Source of the DNA: a virus
Virus record (IMG/VR): IMGVR_UViG_3300025289_000025
Coordinates: 26,297-90,296 of that record
Reading direction: 5' to 3' (one strand)
Length of the DNA stretch: 64,000 nt
The translations under genes and the position numbers were made by a program. A model generated the notes under the pieces. The model worked only from the letters and a program-made list of their open reading frames with translations. It made no database searches and was not told the origin of the DNA. Shown one piece after another: positions 8,647 to 18,784 of this stretch (position 1 is its first letter; the number at the start of each line of letters is the position of its first letter).

Positions 8647-11612
8647 ACGTATTTCCCTTCTCTCAAAGACATTTGATGTTTAAGAATTCCACCAACAATT
8701 TGAGAAGCTATTTCAGAATTAGGGAATCTAGTTTTAACATCTCGTAATTGAATTCCATCTAGAATAAAAGTAAATATCATATCTTGCCCCAATCCTAGTA
8801 AAGCGTTAGCAGTTGAATATAATTCAATCGCATCTAACATAATAGGATCAGCGGGATTTGGTAAAAATTTAGTTTCAAATATATGCTTAGCCCTCATAGC
8901 CCACTCCCGACAGAAATCATCTGGAGGAGTCCCAGGGGGAAAACGATTCATTCTATCTTTTATGATATGAATACAATCCCTCATGAATAGGAATTTCATC
9001 AAATCCCGATCAGGGCATTCTTTGTAATCTCGAAGAAGCAAATCAATATTTCTGAGGAATCTTTCATTTCTGATTTTATCTGTTAAATACCCGTCATGAC
9101 CAATCCAAAAGTCTGGCATAATAATTCCCAAACCAAATCCCTTGTTCAATTCTAATTCGGGATGTTCATGAATCAAGCCAAAGAATTTGGCCCCCGTATT
9201 GTTTCTAAATAAGCGTGTAGGTAGGTCGGGCTTAAAAGGATTGGGGGGGTCTACGGACAAATGATGTTGTTGTATGCCATATCCGTTAAAGGGGTTCGCC
9301 CGAAGATATTTATTAACGTTTTCTGGATTGAGTAGAACTTCATCAGAGTCAATCCAAAGTATCCAATCTCCCTTTGCATCTTTGATGCTTAGGTTTCTGG
9401 CGGCTCCGAATCCTTCCTTGAGAGGGTCAATTCCTTTTAAAATCTTGGCCCCATATTTTTGAGCAATTTCTTTGGTGCTATCATTAGTTTTCGGATCTAC
9501 TGCAATAATGATTTCGTCGGCTATTTTAGAAACAGATTTCAAACATCTATGAAGCATATCTTCTGCATTATATGCTATCATACAAACTGAGAGAGTTTCC
9601 TTTGGAGCTTGCCATACCATCTTTCTTTCAAAATTAACACGGTTAGTCGGAATGCTAGAATCCTTAGTATATGAGATAAAGTGGTGCCCAATAACTTCTC
9701 CAGAATTGATTCTTCCCGTAGATCTAAAGAAAACTTTGATATCTTTTTTCTCACTAAACATATCCAAAATGTCGTTCATTTCGTAATGGCGAACGTGGCA
9801 TCTATGGGGGAAGGTATAGTATGATAAATATTCCCAAGGTCCATATGGAACTGTCAAGTAAATAGTTCCCCCTTCTTTGCATAAAGTTTCTAATTGATCA
9901 ATAAGATGATAGGGGTCAATAACATGTTCTAATACTTCATTGCAAAATACTAAGTCAAAAGTCCCCCCGCCTATTTCTAATATTTTTTCTATAGGATGAG
10001 AGGTCATTTCATCTGTAGATATGAATTTAATATTTTTATGCTCAGAATATTTTTCTTTGCATTTGTTAGCAGTATCAATAGTTTTTCTAGTTATATCTAG
10101 CCCCAAAAATTGACTATCTGGGAAAAGATTTGCCATTCTAATGGTTTGATGCCCAATCCAGCAGCCGTAATCAAGGACTTTTTCATACGGACCAGAAGTT
10201 TCCAAAAACTCTTTCATAATCAACCATCGTGGCTCACTTCCGCTAGTTTCAAAGTGACTAACTTTGGCCCCTTCATGCTTTGTTCCCTCTATAGGAGCAT
10301 CTACTTTTTTATATTGTTCTCTATATGTTTCAGGAGATTCCATAAAAGAGAAATTATCATGGATATATTTAACATCATTCTTTACCAAATTGAGATTATG
10401 GCATTCTCTTTCAAAATGTACGGCAACCCCATTTTCTTTTGCTTCTATAATATTACACATTTCAATATCAGAATTTTTAAAGAAATGCTTATACAATCTA
10501 GCGGGGTTACTTGATTTTTTTCTCATAATTTTATCAGATATATTTAACAATCGATCTGCTACAGGCCCCCAAATCAATGTTTTCCCGTGTTCCATACCCG
10601 CTATGGACATGTTTTTAGTAATAGAGGGCTTATTTAAAAGTTCTTCAATAACTTTAATAAATTCATTTTGGCAAGCCTCCGTAGAAGCTAGTCCAAAATC
10701 AGTAGTATTGATAAATTTAGTGGCACCAGGATGAAGAGTTTCTACCAATGCGGCGGTTGGAGTCGTAATGAAAGGAAGTCCGCAAGCTTGGGCTTCGATA
10801 GCACTAATGCAAGAAATCTCATCAAACTCTGTGGGGTAAACGTAAGCCCAAGAACGAGAATATAAATCATATAATTGAGCTTTTGTTAAAGATCCCAGTA
10901 ATTGAACGTTGGGAAGTGCTTTGCACCTTTCCCAAAGATGTTCGTAATATGCTCTTATCCCCGGAACGGTATTGTCATAGTGGGCTACCATAAGTTTTAC
11001 AGAGATTTCTTTCTTGAGAAATTTTTCCATAATTCCATTTTCTTTGACAAGATTTTCCAGACCTCGTTCTGGTCTAGCACAGTAGACCATTTGCCCTAAA
11101 CTTCTGACGGAATTGAGTCCGTCAGGAATCAAGGAAACGTCTATCCCATTTCTGATCACTTCAATTGCTTCTTCGGGGATTTCATAAATTTCTTTATATT
11201 GATTCTTTTGAAATTGAGACATAAGAAGAACGCGATCAACTTGAGTTAAAATTCCCCTCATATTTGGGGCAGTTCTTTTGAGAGCGAGGTCATGGCACCA
11301 TAAATAACAAGTTTTAGCATTATGGGGGGTTTGAAGAATACCAAAATCTCTGGATACGATGAGCATATCTATATCTGAATGAGACATTAATTCTTGACCT
11401 TGTTGTAGGGGGATGTACATTACCCCCCTGATTCCCATTGGAGCATCGCAAGGACTCAGAACTACCACCCTATTTCTTCCGCCAAAAGCATCTTTTTTAG
11501 AAGCAAAGGATTCTGCTAATTGAATAGCGGCGGTTTCTGATCCCCCTAATGAGCTTTTGGCCAAGGTGTTGCCATCGTGTTTCATTCCGGGGGAAACAAT
11601 GATAATATTCAT
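8643..11612 (-). CDS. Three-domain fusion: GT4 glycosyltransferase + class I SAM methyltransferase + GT2 glycosyltransferase
   Basis: GT-B motifs LGGSETA, PERGL, EISCISAIEAQACG; MTase motifs VLDYGCWIG, FDLVFCNEVLEHV; GT2 motifs LSVCMIAYNAE, AARN, WIDSDE, RLFRN, IHE. Confidence 0.9.
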   Translation of the reverse strand: MNIIIVSPGMKHDGNTLAKSSLGGSETAAIQLAESFASKKDAFGGRNRVVVLSPCDAPMGIRGVMYIPLQQGQELMSHSDIDMLIVSRDFGILQTPHNAKTCYLWCHDLALKRTAPNMRGILTQVDRVLLMSQFQKNQYKEIYEIPEEAIEVIRNGIDVSLIPDGLNSVRSLGQMVYCARPERGLENLVKENGIMEKFLKKEISVKLMVAHYDNTVPGIRAYYEHLWERCKALPNVQLLGSLTKAQLYDLYSRSWAYVYPTEFDEISCISAIEAQACGLPFITTPTAALVETLHPGATKFINTTDFGLASTEACQNEFIKVIEELLNKPSITKNMSIAGMEHGKTLIWGPVADRLLNISDKIMRKKSSNPARLYKHFFKNSDIEMCNIIEAKENGVAVHFERECHNLNLVKNDVKYIHDNFSFMESPETYREQYKKVDAPIEGTKHEGAKVSHFETSGSEPRWLIMKEFLETSGPYEKVLDYGCWIGHQTIRMANLFPDSQFLGLDITRKTIDTANKCKEKYSEHKNIKFISTDEMTSHPIEKILEIGGGTFDLVFCNEVLEHVIDPYHLIDQLETLCKEGGTIYLTVPYGPWEYLSYYTFPHRCHVRHYEMNDILDMFSEKKDIKVFFRSTGRINSGEVIGHHFISYTKDSSIPTNRVNFERKMVWQAPKETLSVCMIAYNAEDMLHRCLKSVSKIADEIIIAVDPKTNDSTKEIAQKYGAKILKGIDPLKEGFGAARNLSIKDAKGDWILWIDSDEVLLNPENVNKYLRANPFNGYGIQQHHLSVDPPNPFKPDLPTRLFRNNTGAKFFGLIHEHPELELNKGFGLGIIMPDFWIGHDGYLTDKIRNERFLRNIDLLLRDYKECPDRDLMKFLFMRDCIHIIKDRMNRFPPGTPPDDFCREWAMRAKHIFETKFLPNPADPIMLDAIELYSTANALLGLGQDMIFTFILDGIQLRDVKTRFPNSEIASQIVGGILKHQMSLREGKYV

Positions 11613-11848
11613 CAGCAATCTCCTATGATAGTACGAATATTCTTTTTATTTGTTCGAATAATCTCAATAAGAGCATCTATTATGAAATATGGACTAGCAA
11701 CCATTGGTTTGGCGGTATCTTGGGGAACTGCCGAATGTATAGGGCATTTATACCATCTGGTTCGGGGACAAGTACATTTTATTTTACTCTCATTGCAAAC
11801 ACAAGAAAGATTTCTACAAATTGAGCACTCGCTATCAGGAGTTTTCAT
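11612..11848 (-). CDS. Small Cys-rich hypothetical protein
   Basis: CSIC..SCVC..CTC..CPIH; stop overlaps the GT fusion start (TGATG). Confidence 0.55.
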   Translation of the reverse strand: MKTPDSECSICRNLSCVCNESKIKCTCPRTRWYKCPIHSAVPQDTAKPMVASPYFIIDALIEIIRTNKKNIRTIIGDC

Positions 11849-11991
11849 TTTGTCTCTTTCTTACTATCTTGGTATGCCTTTCTTGTTCCCTGCCAATACA
11901 TTGATCCATCCGCTCGTCTAGTTCTATGAGAGCCTCCAGGAAAATCTTTAGCTGCTTGTTTACGAAGTCTTTTTGCAACTGTTCTTCTCAT
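11845..11991 (-). CDS. Small basic hypothetical protein, 48 aa (MRRTVAKRLRKQAAK...)
   Basis: Translated by hand; ATGA overlap with the next gene; below the ORF-track cutoff. Confidence 0.55.
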   Translation of the reverse strand: MRRTVAKRLRKQAAKDFPGGSHRTRRADGSMYWQGTRKAYQDSKKETK

Positions 11992-12139
11992 TTTTATCCC
12001 TTTCATTTATTAGATGTTTCCCACTACAACCTCGTAATTTATAAACATCTGGATCTATTTCTATACAAATTGGTTTATAGTCGATACAGCCTAGAATAAT
12101 CTTACAATAACAATTATCTCCATAGCATATATATTCCAT
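11960..12139 (-). CDS. Small Cys-rich peptide, 59 aa, 7 Cys (MEYICYGDNCYCKIILGC...)
   Basis: Translated by hand; TAATG coupling to the stop of the radical SAM gene. Confidence 0.5.
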   Translation of the reverse strand: MEYICYGDNCYCKIILGCIDYKPICIEIDPDVYKLRGCSGKHLINERDKNEKNSCKKTS

Positions 12140-12861
12140 TATTTTACCCTGGCCATTCCTTCAGGAACATCTTCATGGCAAGTATTGCATTGAATATATG
12201 GTGTATGAATAATCTCTAAAGAATCGTCCCATACTGTTCCCAAAATCCCCCTAGAGTAGGCATCTTGGCAACAACGTGTTATATCTCCATTACTCATAAC
12301 CATTACTTGCCCATTTTTAAGCCATGGGCAAAGGACTCTAGATCTGTAATCTTCTGGAGTCCAGTTTATCAGTCCCCCCCAATTATTCGGTCTTATGATA
12401 GCATCTCGGGAATACCCAAATTGGACTTTAGGATATTCTAAACGCAATTTATTAAATAGTCCTACTGTTTTCATAGCTATAAACGCATCATGATCCGTAA
12501 CATCTATTGCATCTATTCCCGCATCAAGAATTTTACGGATTAATTCTTCGTCTGCCAAAATTCCATTTGTATTGGTACGGAGGCAGAGATACCGAGGCAT
12601 TATGGTTCGACAACGTTTAACCATTTCAATATATCGGGGGTGTAGAAAAGGCTCCCCCACCCCAAATAAATTGAGTTCTCTTTGGGTTCCTTTTTTAACA
12701 AATATTTCAAGTAATTTGAGAGTTTGTTCAAAGGTGGGCCATTCCATCAATCCAACTGGCCTATGCTCCCCTTGACCAGAACAGGGACAATATGGACAAG
12801 ATAGGTTACAAATTGAAGAAACTTCTAAATTTTTGATACATCCTATTTTTTGATAAATCAA
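12139..12861 (-). CDS. Radical SAM protein with SPASM/twitch domain
   Basis: CNLSCPYC motif, GVGEPFLHP, TNTNG, and C-terminal CPW...NGDITRCCQD...CNTC. Confidence 0.9.
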   Translation of the reverse strand: MIYQKIGCIKNLEVSSICNLSCPYCPCSGQGEHRPVGLMEWPTFEQTLKLLEIFVKKGTQRELNLFGVGEPFLHPRYIEMVKRCRTIMPRYLCLRTNTNGILADEELIRKILDAGIDAIDVTDHDAFIAMKTVGLFNKLRLEYPKVQFGYSRDAIIRPNNWGGLINWTPEDYRSRVLCPWLKNGQVMVMSNGDITRCCQDAYSRGILGTVWDDSLEIIHTPYIQCNTCHEDVPEGMARVK

Positions 12862-13550
12862 AGTAGTCCTAACGAATCTTCAGTATTGTTTGCAGCATAA
12901 TTTTCTTTACTAATCAAAATTCCGGCTTTCTCCATTCGGATTTTGAGTGCTCTCTCTGTCACCCCCAATTCATTTGCCATTGCTTCTGGAGACATTTTCT
13001 TTTTTATATAATATGCAGCAGCTTCCCTCAAATTTTTAAATCCTTTTTCAGTTAAAATTTTATTCCATTTTTCTTTAACGTCTGTTTTGGTAAAACCATC
13101 TTCATCTCGGTGGGAGGGTCTTTTCCCCTTTATTAATTCCCTCATCGGAAGACTTCTATCCCCATCCATTCTTATTCTTAGATACTCTATGGTTCTAGTA
13201 GTTACCCCCAACTCCATTGCCATTTCCGTATTTGTATATTTTTTCTTATATGTTTCCATTAAATCATCTATATCTTTAAACCCTTTAATTTGAGCAACAG
13301 AACCCCATTTATTCCAAAAGGAAGTGGGCATATCGTATGGGACGGTCAAATATGGTCTTAGAGATGCATAAACTGTGTTGGACTCCACTTCTATATCTTT
13401 TAACAACAACCATTGGTGGAGCGTTCGAAACGTACCCCCTTTGGTAATCCAGTCATTTACGAAGATGGATATGCCTTCGTGCCCTTCTTTTAAAATTAAT
13501 TCTTCAAATTTGCGAATGAATGGACGATGTTTAGATTTTATTCTAGACAT
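12858..13550 (-). CDS. Multi-HTH DNA-binding protein / transcription regulator
   Basis: Two HTH-like repeats, EMAMELGVTTRTI and AMANELGVTERAL. Confidence 0.6.
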   Translation of the reverse strand: MSRIKSKHRPFIRKFEELILKEGHEGISIFVNDWITKGGTFRTLHQWLLLKDIEVESNTVYASLRPYLTVPYDMPTSFWNKWGSVAQIKGFKDIDDLMETYKKKYTNTEMAMELGVTTRTIEYLRIRMDGDRSLPMRELIKGKRPSHRDEDGFTKTDVKEKWNKILTEKGFKNLREAAAYYIKKKMSPEAMANELGVTERALKIRMEKAGILISKENYAANNTEDSLGLL

Positions 13551-15462
13551 GGATTATACTTTCTCCCCCTTCTTTTATTACCAATATTCTACAATCGAAA
13601 CGATCTCTAAGTAAAGCATCATGATCGGTAACTAAAACTGCTTTTCCGTCATTTTCTGCTAAATAAGTAAATGTATCGAAGTTCGACTCTTTGCCCAAGT
13701 CATCGAGGGAATCATTCGGTTCATCGAAAGCGATGAAAGAAAAGTCTACGGAACACCCTTCTTTTATAAATTGAGAAAGTGCTCGGGAGATAGACAACCT
13801 AATTTTCTGTCTTTCTCCACCACTATACATTTCATAGGAAACTTCATCTCCGTTACTATCTACAATAGCAATATGAAATTCATCTTTAATGGTTCCTGAT
13901 CTAGTTTCCCTTTCTGTGGCCATAATAATATTTAATTCGGAACTGTACTCTGATAGGTGGTGCTGGGCCAGGGATTCCAATTGGGATATCATAGAATCAA
14001 ACAACATCATTCGAATCTTCTTGAACCCGTCTACCCAGAAATCAAAATATTTCTTTTTATCAAGTAAACCATTTTTAGTTTCATTCATTCCACGGATCTT
14101 TGACCCTAATTCCCTTATTTGCTTTTTCCTATTTTCCTCCATTTCTAGATAAGGATTAATTTCTTCAGATTTTTTTAGCATATCATTTTTCAAATTAGTT
14201 ATTGTAATTACTGAAGCGGATATAGTAGATTCCCCATCAGCTTGGGCATGGGATAATTCTACTTTCAAATCTCGTATGGAATCTTTAATCGTATCCAATT
14301 CCCTAATTTTTTTATCAATTTCATCTACCAATGATTTACTAACTTTTAGTTGATCTCTTAAACTTCTTTCCTTATCGGGAATAGTATCCCACTCTGATTT
14401 TATTCCCATTGCCTCTAATCCTAATTGATTTATTCGGGATTGGAGATATGACCCTGTAATGGTTTGGGCACAAAATGGACAAGGGCCTTCTCCCTGTTTT
14501 GTAAGAGTTTGAATTTCATTATTTATTTCATTCATATCTATTTTCAAATTATCTCTACGAAATACAAGAGCATTTAAATCTGACTGAATATTGTTAGTTC
14601 TATCGGATGCCTCTTGTTTAGTGCCGGTTTCTTTTATCAAAATATTTTTACTATTTTCAAAATGGGCTATCTTCAATTTAATTTTATTTGTTTTTTCGTC
14701 TATTCTAAGTTGAATGCTATTTAATTCATTCTCTTCTTCAACTAAACTTTCTTTCCAAGATGAAATACTGGCCACTCTTTCGGATTCAAAAGTATCTATA
14801 TTGATTTTGTATGAGGTAGATCGGACCCCAGTTAACTCTCCTTCTTTATTTCCAATAGATTTATCTAATTCAAGCACCAAGGACTGTAATGATTTTGCCG
14901 ATTCCCCCGCCTTCAGACTACTGGACACATATTTGTCTAGACCCCTAACATCTGTTAAAATTTTGGCACGTTCTGCAGGTTTTAGATCTGGGAAATTATT
15001 GAAATCCCTTCCGAACATTACAGCGCATTGAAAAGAAATGAAATTTATTTGTAATACTTTTTCTAATTCATTTTGCTTAACTTGGTATGTTGCATTTTTA
15101 AATAATTCTGTTTCTTCTTTCCAAATTTTCAAATTGGGTGTTTTCTTTCGTTCAATAGTTCTCTCTGTTTTATACATAACGGAATCTGCTGTAAATACAG
15201 TTTGAATCAGGGCTTGTTTTTCTTTTTTATGTATAATTTCATCCTTATACCGATTTTTTCGGCAAAGTTCCCCAAACCACCCATAACAAAAACTTTCTAG
15301 TAACGTCGATTTTCCACTTCCATTTGATTGACTCTTCTCGTCATCCAAATTCCTTCCGTCTATTTGGATGGTTTTTCCTTCATAATTGGCCATGGAAAAT
15401 TCGAATGTTTTACGGAAAGACATGAATCCTTTTCCACTTATAGATATTAATCGAATTAGCAT
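13543..15462 (-). CDS. sbcC: SbcC/Rad50-like (gp46) ATPase
   Basis: Walker A NGSGKS, coiled coil with CPFC zinc hook, signature YSGGERQK, Walker B FDEP. Confidence 0.92.
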   Translation of the reverse strand: MLIRLISISGKGFMSFRKTFEFSMANYEGKTIQIDGRNLDDEKSQSNGSGKSTLLESFCYGWFGELCRKNRYKDEIIHKKEKQALIQTVFTADSVMYKTERTIERKKTPNLKIWKEETELFKNATYQVKQNELEKVLQINFISFQCAVMFGRDFNNFPDLKPAERAKILTDVRGLDKYVSSSLKAGESAKSLQSLVLELDKSIGNKEGELTGVRSTSYKINIDTFESERVASISSWKESLVEEENELNSIQLRIDEKTNKIKLKIAHFENSKNILIKETGTKQEASDRTNNIQSDLNALVFRRDNLKIDMNEINNEIQTLTKQGEGPCPFCAQTITGSYLQSRINQLGLEAMGIKSEWDTIPDKERSLRDQLKVSKSLVDEIDKKIRELDTIKDSIRDLKVELSHAQADGESTISASVITITNLKNDMLKKSEEINPYLEMEENRKKQIRELGSKIRGMNETKNGLLDKKKYFDFWVDGFKKIRMMLFDSMISQLESLAQHHLSEYSSELNIIMATERETRSGTIKDEFHIAIVDSNGDEVSYEMYSGGERQKIRLSISRALSQFIKEGCSVDFSFIAFDEPNDSLDDLGKESNFDTFTYLAENDGKAVLVTDHDALLRDRFDCRILVIKEGGESIIHV

Positions 15463-15463
15463 A

Positions 15464-15724
15464 TCATCTCCGTCTTTTTGGGTTTGCAGAGGGAATCAAA
15501 CTCCATAAAAACTTTTGCGAATGAACTTTACAAGAAAAAACAATCATTTCACTTTCCATTTTTTTCCTCACTTCATTTTCATATTCATCAATACGTTTTG
15601 ACATTAAAATTATGGATGTAATTTCCTTTTTGTGGTTTTCATTTACTTTCACTTTTTTGAAAGGCACTGGGGATACTTCAACAATGATTTCCCTTTTTCT
15701 CTTTATTAAAAGAGGCCGTCTCAT
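15464..15724 (-). CDS. Hypothetical protein
   Basis: Fills the gap between sbcD and sbcC with overlapping start/stop codons. Confidence 0.5.
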   Translation of the reverse strand: MRRPLLIKRKREIIVEVSPVPFKKVKVNENHKKEITSIILMSKRIDEYENEVRKKMESEMIVFSCKVHSQKFLWSLIPSANPKRRR

Positions 15725-16806
15725 TTGAATAATTCAATGCCCACCCGGATAAGATCCACTTGGTTTAGCCCAGATCCTTCAATGTTATTTTGAACATATA
15801 AATTTATGATAGAATCATCATCCTCTACCATTTCAGGAGGAATTTGAGATTGATGATGACGAATAATATTTACTTGGAAGGAAATTCCCCTAGCACCCGC
15901 ACCTTGTAATTTAAATCGAATATCATTTTTGATTTCTGGACCCCATTGGGAGGTTGGAACATCCCCGACCACTCTGATATAATTGCCTTCCAAGTTGGTT
16001 GCTTTATCCCACTGGTCAGGAAACGATCTAACATCCAATGATTTGAACTCTGGGTATTTAAGTTTAATTGGGGCAAGTTTTTTGGTTTTAGAATTGAGTA
16101 ACCAAATAAATCGGTTCTGCCCTTCGTCAGAAAATCGTATTTGATAAGGGCTTCCAACATATTGGACTTGCCCAATTGCCTGGCACTTATGAACATGGCC
16201 CGAGATGTAGAGTGTTTTGGGGTTGAAAAAATATGAATCCATTCTTCCGGGTATTTCTCTTCCAGTTTCATAAGTTACTCCGGGGATTTCTTGATGAAAA
16301 AATACTATGTCGGGATTTTGAGAATTTATTCCTTTCAAATCTGTTAGGAAATCTTCAAATTTTCTTTCATAAGGAATAAATCCAATTTTTACTCCGTCTA
16401 TTCTAGTAATCATTTGAGTTAACGTTATCAAACAAAGATCAAATAATTTAGCAATTGGATATTTGGGCAAGTTGAAATCGTGATTACCGAGTAACGCTGT
16501 ATGTAGAACTTCTCCTTTTTCTATTTCTGATAACATTTTGTTACATTCAATAAGTAAGTGGGAGGGAACTTTATCTTTAAGCTCAAATAAATCTCCGAGG
16601 GAATAAACCCATTTAATTTCAGGATGACTTCGTAAAATATCTATGATTTGTTGAAGAATATTTAGTCCTTCTACTAAACGAGAATTTAGTCCTGTTTTTT
16701 TATCAACTTGTTCGAACTCTTTACGTTCATGAAGATGAAGATCAGAAAATATGAGCGAGTCTGGTTGAATGTCGAATGGGGAATGTGGTCTAAGTAGTTT
16801 TCTCAA
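15721..16806 (-). CDS. sbcD: SbcD/Mre11-like (gp47) nuclease
   Basis: Metallophosphoesterase motifs SDLH, GDLF, GNHD, SGHVH, YVGSPYQ. Confidence 0.92.
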   Translation of the reverse strand: MRKLLRPHSPFDIQPDSLIFSDLHLHERKEFEQVDKKTGLNSRLVEGLNILQQIIDILRSHPEIKWVYSLGDLFELKDKVPSHLLIECNKMLSEIEKGEVLHTALLGNHDFNLPKYPIAKLFDLCLITLTQMITRIDGVKIGFIPYERKFEDFLTDLKGINSQNPDIVFFHQEIPGVTYETGREIPGRMDSYFFNPKTLYISGHVHKCQAIGQVQYVGSPYQIRFSDEGQNRFIWLLNSKTKKLAPIKLKYPEFKSLDVRSFPDQWDKATNLEGNYIRVVGDVPTSQWGPEIKNDIRFKLQGAGARGISFQVNIIRHHQSQIPPEMVEDDDSIINLYVQNNIEGSGLNQVDLIRVGIELFK

Positions 16807-17291
16807 TTTCTGACCCTCTGTTTAATTTTTGGATTCAAAAATTGAAATCCATATCTTGCTAAGACGTATGCATCGCATAAATTATCATCATCGAAATCTA
16901 CCCCAAATTTCTTGTGCACTGATAAAAGCATAAGGTCTTTTTTTGAATTTCCTTTTCCAGTTACAAATTTTTTTAATACAGTTGGAGGAACGATGATAAA
17001 AGGATAATTCGCCATAAATAAATCTCGTTTTATTATTCCTGCAAGCTCTCCTAATTGAAATATACTGATTGTTTTGGTGATACCAAAAGCAGGACCTTCT
17101 ATCATTATTAGATCAGGTTTAATCTTACCGACGGATAATCCAATACTAATTGCTATTTTTGTTAATCTTGGTGTATTTTCCTCTTTGGAAGAAGATGTTA
17201 TGAGTCGTTGTTCTACTATTCTCCAATTATTATCTACGGCTACCAATCCAGTTGCACATAATGATAAATCTAGCCCCATCACTATACTCAT
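16803..17291 (-). CDS. ruvC: RuvC-like Holliday junction resolvase
   Basis: MGLDLSLCATG, MIEG, LKKFVTGKGNSKKD, DDNLCDA. Confidence 0.88.
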   Translation of the reverse strand: MSIVMGLDLSLCATGLVAVDNNWRIVEQRLITSSSKEENTPRLTKIAISIGLSVGKIKPDLIMIEGPAFGITKTISIFQLGELAGIIKRDLFMANYPFIIVPPTVLKKFVTGKGNSKKDLMLLSVHKKFGVDFDDDNLCDAYVLARYGFQFLNPKIKQRVRN

Positions 17292-17298
17292 GGGTTTT

Positions 17299-17739
17299 TC
17301 ATCCTCTCTGACTTCCAAAGAATTCAACCAAAACAACTTCACCATCCAATGATTTAGCCGTTAGTTCTTTTCCGGGGAAATATTTCAATTTAATTATAGA
17401 CCAAAATAATCCCCGTATAGATTTCAAAGCCTCCGTTTTCCATCTTACTTCTTCTTCTCTTCTTTTTGATTCTGTTACGGTATGACTAGTTATATCTAAT
17501 TTTATCGTATTAATTTGATCTACTATTATATCTGATATGGAAAACATCAGTTTTTTCCAACCAGATAATTGCAATAAAATTATTTCTTGAGGTTGAACGG
17601 GGGTTCCTTTATATTTCCAATTTGGTAATTGTAAAAGTATGGCTGATCCGAATAGCTCTTTAGTCAAATGGGTTAAAAATAATTCCCATCGTTTTTCTTC
17701 AACGTTAGGACTTAAATTGACGACCTTATTTTCATTCAT
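17299..17739 (-). CDS. Hypothetical protein
   Basis: Tightly packed ORF between recA and ruvC. Confidence 0.55.
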   Translation of the reverse strand: MNENKVVNLSPNVEEKRWELFLTHLTKELFGSAILLQLPNWKYKGTPVQPQEIILLQLSGWKKLMFSISDIIVDQINTIKLDITSHTVTESKRREEEVRWKTEALKSIRGLFWSIIKLKYFPGKELTAKSLDGEVVLVEFFGSQRG

Positions 17740-17740
17740 A

Positions 17741-18784
17741 TTAATTCCTACTTTTTGGTGAACGTTCTGTTCTAAACTGAGAATCAATTTCTTCCCACAT
17801 ATTTATAACAGCTTCTTTGAGTTGAGATTGAAGATTATTCTCTTCTATATGTTTAATAGATTTTTCAAGACTAATGAATTCCTCCGTTACGGCCCAATAT
17901 TTTTTGTTACCAGACATTTCTTTAATGTACACTAAATTTCCCCATAGATCGTCAAGCCCATAATCAAAAATTATGAATATATCGGCTTCTCTATATGGGG
18001 CGTCTATAGAACTTTTTATTACCGTTACTTTGGATTTTACTCCAATTACTTTTTCAACCTCTACTGCTCCTATTTTTACTTTTTTCTTGATTTTAGATCC
18101 TAATGTAGGTGTTACTTCTAAACGTAGAGATGCTAAAAATGGGATAGCATTTCCACCACCAGTTTTAGTTCTTTTTTGCCCAGGTAATGCATCTTGGATA
18201 TCTTGTACTTGATTTGTTAGTACGACCAAACGATTTTTCTTGGATATTTCTGCTTTTGCCTTTCGGCATAATTGATGGAATTCTTTCGCTCTTGAACTAC
18301 CTCTTTTATCCCCCTTTTCATCTTCTAATGAAGACATTAAAACAGCAACGCTATCTATGGCTGTCAAACTAACTCCCCCATTTTCAGATTCAGGGGTTTC
18401 CATAATTAAATTTTCTACTTCTTTAACAGTAGTAGGATTTGATAAATCTTCTTTATTAATTTTGATCCCCATATATTTTAACCAATCTGGAGTCATTCGA
18501 CGTTCGGCATCTCCTATTTTGGTTATACCACCAGTATTTTGGACATAGGCTACCATCTCTCCAAGAACGGAGGTTTTTCCACTAGAAGGGGGTCCAGAAA
18601 TTTCCATAAGTATACCGGAGGGAACTCCTCCCCCACGTATGCGTCTACCACTGATCGCCAAATCTAGTAACGTGGACCCCGTAGAAACCATGCGACTTTT
18701 ATCTATAAGTACTTCTTCCTCTTCTTCATGTATAGCCACTAACCCTTTTGCTACATCTTGTATTTTGCGTTTAATCAATGGCAT
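17741..18784 (-). CDS. recA: RecA/UvsX recombinase
   Basis: STGS..LDLA, GPPSSGKT, DAE, IDSVA, TNQ, GGNAIPFLASLRL. Confidence 0.93.
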   Translation of the reverse strand: MPLIKRKIQDVAKGLVAIHEEEEEVLIDKSRMVSTGSTLLDLAISGRRIRGGGVPSGILMEISGPPSSGKTSVLGEMVAYVQNTGGITKIGDAERRMTPDWLKYMGIKINKEDLSNPTTVKEVENLIMETPESENGGVSLTAIDSVAVLMSSLEDEKGDKRGSSRAKEFHQLCRKAKAEISKKNRLVVLTNQVQDIQDALPGQKRTKTGGGNAIPFLASLRLEVTPTLGSKIKKKVKIGAVEVEKVIGVKSKVTVIKSSIDAPYREADIFIIFDYGLDDLWGNLVYIKEMSGNKKYWAVTEEFISLEKSIKHIEENNLQSQLKEAVINMWEEIDSQFRTERSPKSRN

